Shown here piece after piece: positions 60,448-64,000 of a DNA stretch of 64,000 nucleotides (the stretch's first letter is position 1; the number at the start of each line of letters is the position of its first letter). This DNA comes from Candidatus Heimdallarchaeota archaeon. Lineage in GTDB: Archaea; Asgardarchaeota; Heimdallarchaeia; Heimdallarchaeales; Heimdallarchaeaceae. The notes under the pieces are model-generated. The model saw only the letters and a list, made by a program, of their open reading frames with translations. It was not told where the DNA came from and ran no database searches. The position numbers and the translations under genes were made by a program. The stretch spans positions 64,001 to 128,000 of the forward strand of contig JAUVXV010000009.1 in assembly GCA_030603365.1 (NCBI GenBank), written 5' to 3'.

Positions 60448-61077
60448 TTATTTTTGAACTATATATTCAAATGAGGATTCTCTGAAATATTCATTACGAA
60501 CAAGTACCTCGATTTGTGTTTTTTCTTTGAATATTAATTTTGTACCTTCAAGCATTTGATCTGTTTCTTCCTCTGTAAAGAAAGAATGCACAGTTTCTTC
60601 TCCGTGCTCCATATTCCAAAACTCTCCCTGATTCTTCTCTTCTCCCAATGATGGATGCACATTCTTATACCAAAGAAAGTTTATACAAAGCAAACCTCCT
60701 TTCTTCAGCACTCTTAGCATTTCCTTTACAGCCTTTTTTGTATCTGCTTTTGTTAGATGGATACTTGAGTTATATGAGTAAACAAGGTCAAAAAATCTGC
60801 CATCAAAAGATAAGTCTCTCATGTCACCTTTTAACAATTTAAAATCCTGACCATATCTTGCTGCAAAATCTTCTGCTTCCTCAAGTGCATTATCAGAAAT
60901 ATCTATTCCATATGCATCATACCCATGTTTGCAGAAAAGTGCTAAAGGAGGATTTTGACCTCCAGCTCCACAATCTAGAACCTTACCTTTTTCAGGTTTT
61001 TTCCACTTTGCTAAACGCAAAAATTTGTAAATTGTTGGACGAAATAATGTAAGACTAAAATCATTCTTTTCAGTCAT
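60448..61077 (-). CDS. Class I SAM-dependent methyltransferase
   Basis: VLDCGAGG, GIDIS, GDMRDL, FDLVYS, RVLKKGG. Confidence 0.92.
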   Translation of the reverse strand: MTEKNDFSLTLFRPTIYKFLRLAKWKKPEKGKVLDCGAGGQNPPLALFCKHGYDAYGIDISDNALEEAEDFAARYGQDFKLLKGDMRDLSFDGRFFDLVYSYNSSIHLTKADTKKAVKEMLRVLKKGGLLCINFLWYKNVHPSLGEEKNQGEFWNMEHGEETVHSFFTEEETDQMLEGTKLIFKEKTQIEVLVRNEYFRESSFEYIVQK

Positions 61078-61159
61078 AATAAATTCTTAGAAGATTACAC
61101 ATTTATAAAAATTCGGAAGAAAATTCTAGCTTGATTAACTCCTTCCTTCGAACGCGGTC

Positions 61160-61558
61160 TCAATGTTCTTTTTCAAAATCTAGAGTTACAGAATTTATAC
61201 AAAATCTTAATCCTGTAGGTTTAGGTCCATCATCAAAAATGTGTCCTAGATGCCCTCCACAATTCTTACAAAGAACTTCAGTTCTGATCATATCATGACT
61301 TGTATCTATTTCTTCCTCGATATTTCCTTCTTCAAGAGGTTCAAAAAAGCTTGGCCAACCACAACCAGAGTCAAACTTAGTGTCTGATTCGAAGAGTGGA
61401 GTTCCACATCCAGCACATTTGTAAGTTCCCTTTTCTTTATGATCCCAAAATTCACCAGTAAATGGTCTTTCTGTTCCTTTCAAACGCAGAACAAAAAATT
61501 GTTCTTTGGACAATTTGTCTTTCCATTCTTTCTCTGATTTCTTTACAGATTCATTCAT
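61160..61558 (-). CDS. msrB: Peptide-methionine (R)-S-oxide reductase
   Basis: GTERPFTG, CAGC, KFDSGCGWPSF, CKNC, HLGHIFDDGP, RFCINS; ATG 61558 preferred. Confidence 0.97.
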   Translation of the reverse strand: MNESVKKSEKEWKDKLSKEQFFVLRLKGTERPFTGEFWDHKEKGTYKCAGCGTPLFESDTKFDSGCGWPSFFEPLEEGNIEEEIDTSHDMIRTEVLCKNCGGHLGHIFDDGPKPTGLRFCINSVTLDFEKEH

Positions 61559-61613
61559 CAATATGATATCTTCTTCGAAACAATTAAAACTAATGCTCCT
61601 ACAAGAAATATTA

Positions 61614-62168
61614 ATGAGTTCAGAAGAACCAGAACAAACTGAATCTTTTGGTGAATTTACTAGCAATCTCTTAATTGCTCTAGATACCTTGGAATTGGCT
61701 CCGGATAGTCTTTGGACAATCATAAGACCAACTTTGTATTTTAGTATACCTGGTTTAATAGGAACAATACTTGGTTACTGGCTTATGGTTAAAGATGAAG
61801 GTACAATCTGGGAATATTTACTCTTAGCATTTAGCGTCTTCTTCTTAGCAACTGGTATTATGTTTGTAATTGTTGGATTAACTCAACTTTCTTCTAACAG
61901 GAGGAGATACACATTTACCAAAGCTGGTCTTACAATAAAACCGTTGTTTGATGAAAAACGATTTATCTCTTGGGAAGAAATGAGTTCTCTTGAAATTGAG
62001 GGAAAAGATCAAAGCATAAGAAAGAAAAAGAAGTGTGTTATCAAAATTGAAGAAGAAGAAATTGTAATTAACATTAGAGGTTTATATGAACCATCATCTA
62101 AATCAAGAAACCATGATAATATTCTTGAAGCAATTGAGAAATATTATCAAAGGATGAAAAAGAAGTGA
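61614..62168 (+). CDS. Two-TM membrane protein with C-terminal PH-like domain
   Basis: Two TM then YTFTKAGLTI...ISWEEM; ATG 61614 avoids overlap with msrB. Confidence 0.65.
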   Translation: MSSEEPEQTESFGEFTSNLLIALDTLELAPDSLWTIIRPTLYFSIPGLIGTILGYWLMVKDEGTIWEYLLLAFSVFFLATGIMFVIVGLTQLSSNRRRYTFTKAGLTIKPLFDEKRFISWEEMSSLEIEGKDQSIRKKKKCVIKIEEEEIVINIRGLYEPSSKSRNHDNILEAIEKYYQRMKKK

Positions 62169-62175
62169 ATTCTGA

Positions 62176-62625
62176 CTAGTTTTCAAGTTCTTCATTCGAT
62201 TTCTTATTACTTCTTTTTAATGCAAACACAAATGCTATTATGAATATTATAAAGAGAAGAATTCTAATTGATTGGAAAATAGCAAATTGTGTGACCGTTT
62301 GATTCGAATACCCTTGTAGGAATAACACTAATTCTCCAGTAAATAGTCCTAAAACAACAGGAAATGCAGTAAAAAATAATATCAATCTTCTCTCGATAGG
62401 TTTTCTGTCACCCCAAATTAATAGTATTGTCCATCCCCACATCAATGCCATTCCAGCACTGAGCATAAACCTTAACTCATTTGTAGGTTCTGGGTAGTCC
62501 ATTCCTATATTCACTTGGAAGAAAACATATAGTGTCATTGAAAGGGCTACAAGAAAATCCATCAAAGCACCTAACCAGTAAGCAAAACGGATAAAGATTA
62601 AATCTAGTTGCATTTGCTTTTTCAT
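62176..62625 (-). CDS. Four-TM hypothetical membrane protein
   Basis: Hydrophobic helices; LMWGWTILLIWGDRKPIERR. Confidence 0.7.
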   Translation of the reverse strand: MKKQMQLDLIFIRFAYWLGALMDFLVALSMTLYVFFQVNIGMDYPEPTNELRFMLSAGMALMWGWTILLIWGDRKPIERRLILFFTAFPVVLGLFTGELVLFLQGYSNQTVTQFAIFQSIRILLFIIFIIAFVFALKRSNKKSNEELEN

Positions 62626-62722
62626 TTCTATTCATCCATTATTTTTGTTAATGAATCAAACCGAGTTAATAATTGTTATGCAATTCAATATCCTTAGCTT
62701 AATGTTTTAAAATTAGAATGAG

Positions 62723-63946
62723 ATGTTTTTAGCGAATACAATGACAGAATTCATTCTCAATACAAATGATTTTGAATCTATTTTAGTGAACAAAGCTCAA
62801 GGTTCATGGATTTGGGATGTTAAGGGGAAGAAATATTTGGATTGCACATCAGGAGTATGGTGCTTGCTTATAGGTCATAACCATCCTAAATTGATTAAAA
62901 CTATAAAATCTCAAATAGATAATCTAATCCATACAAATAACAGATTTTTGTCACCAATAACATTAGAAGCTGCTGAAAGAGTATTAAACTTCATCCCTGG
63001 AAATTTTGATAAAATTACATTTCTAAATAGTGGTAGTGAAGCAGTTGAGTTTTCGATTAATTTAGCAAAGAAAATAACAGGTAGAGTAGATGTACTTTCT
63101 TTGAAAGATTCATATTATGGTTCTTATGGGACCTCCAAATCATTATCTTACACTTCTGGTAAAGAATCTAAGATGAAATTGCAATATAGAAAATGTAATT
63201 CTGAAGAATGTAATTGTATAGAAGATTTAATTCCAATTCTTGATGAACTATTACTAGCTGAATCCATCCAACCAGCTTGTTTTGTACTTGAGCCAATCAT
63301 GGTAAGCGGTGGTATTCACAAACCCTGCAAAAAGTATGTTGAAGAGGTTTGTAATAGAATAAAAAATGCTGGTGGATTAATAATTTCGAATGAGGTAACT
63401 ACAGGATTAGGAAGGTCAGGAAAACCTTTCGGATTTCAACATTATAATATTACTCCTGATATAATCGTTTTGGGTAAGGGATTAGGAGCAGGTTATCCAG
63501 TAAGTGCGATTATCACTAGATCAGAACTAGCATCAAAAATACCAGCTGAACAGAAATATTATGCTCAATCGCATCAGCTAGATCCTCTAGGATCTGCAAT
63601 TGCTAATACAGTTGTTAGAATAATTGAAGAGGATGAAATAATCGAAAGGAGTCAAGAAATTATTAGTATTCTTGAAGAATTCTTTGGTAATCTAAGACAT
63701 CCTTCCATTAAAGAAATCAGACAATATGGTATGATCATCGGTATCCAAATCCAACCTTATTCTAGCAAAAATAGTTCTCAACTAATACTTGAAATCAAGA
63801 ATAGATTGTTGGAGGAAGGTATTATGATCGGACTGAGTCTTGGAAAAGATTTGTTAAGACTTTTACCACCACTAAATATGTCTGTAGAAGAAGTGGACTT
63901 CCTTAAACGGAAATTAACTAAGGTTTTTGATAATCTATCCCCTTAA
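62723..63946 (+). CDS. Class III PLP-dependent aminotransferase family protein
   Basis: YLDCTSG, GHNHP, SGSEAVE, EPI, NEVTTGLGRSG, PDIIVLGKGLG (PLP Lys), RLLPPL. Confidence 0.92.
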   Translation: MFLANTMTEFILNTNDFESILVNKAQGSWIWDVKGKKYLDCTSGVWCLLIGHNHPKLIKTIKSQIDNLIHTNNRFLSPITLEAAERVLNFIPGNFDKITFLNSGSEAVEFSINLAKKITGRVDVLSLKDSYYGSYGTSKSLSYTSGKESKMKLQYRKCNSEECNCIEDLIPILDELLLAESIQPACFVLEPIMVSGGIHKPCKKYVEEVCNRIKNAGGLIISNEVTTGLGRSGKPFGFQHYNITPDIIVLGKGLGAGYPVSAIITRSELASKIPAEQKYYAQSHQLDPLGSAIANTVVRIIEEDEIIERSQEIISILEEFFGNLRHPSIKEIRQYGMIIGIQIQPYSSKNSSQLILEIKNRLLEEGIMIGLSLGKDLLRLLPPLNMSVEEVDFLKRKLTKVFDNLSP

Positions 63947-64000
63947 GATGTTCAATGTTAATCTTTTCACTTCATAGATTTTCAAATATATTACTTAGTC

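Noticed and set aside
61559-61723. Apparent head-to-head overlap of msrB and the 220-aa ORF
   Set aside because: Disappears with ATG 61558 and ATG 61614; extensions have no family similarity
1-64000. Mobile elements, CRISPR, defence systems, rRNA/tRNA
   Set aside because: No transposase, integrase, cas gene, repeat-spacer array or GC-rich structured RNA segment seen

Overview
64 kb of low-GC, densely coding archaeal chromosome. GGTGA/AGGTG ribosome-binding sites, T-rich gene ends, IorAB, tungsten-type AOR, NadM, a single-OB-fold SSB, many zinc-ribbon proteins and surface proteins with a C-terminal TM plus basic tail suggest an Asgard (Heimdallarchaeia-like) genome; this assignment is inference. 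About 70 CDS; no rRNA, tRNA, CRISPR array or transposase recognised. Content fits a peptide/lipid scavenger (M32, C11, M17, M55, M23 peptidases, IorAB, DegV, SCP2, hydrolases). Highlights: (1) a single 1006-aa ORF fusing a complete Fe-containing alcohol dehydrogenase to a complete tungsten-type aldehyde:ferredoxin oxidoreductase, directly behind an SCP2 lipid-carrier gene, i.e. a candidate CoA-independent counterpart of AdhE, perhaps for long-chain substrates; (2) a type I ABC importer whose two ATPases carry complementary motif defects predicting one consensus and one degenerate ATP site; (3) tandem hyper-acidic surface proteins resembling coral SAARP/CARP4 proteins, with a shared palindromic upstream motif and an adjacent membrane-bound wHTH regulator; (4) an SSUH2-like J-less CxxCxGxG protein; (5) a probably inactive class II GATase; (6) two small ORFs missed by the ORF track, several operator-like palindromes and pseudogene remnants. 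All family calls are from motif recognition, not database searches.
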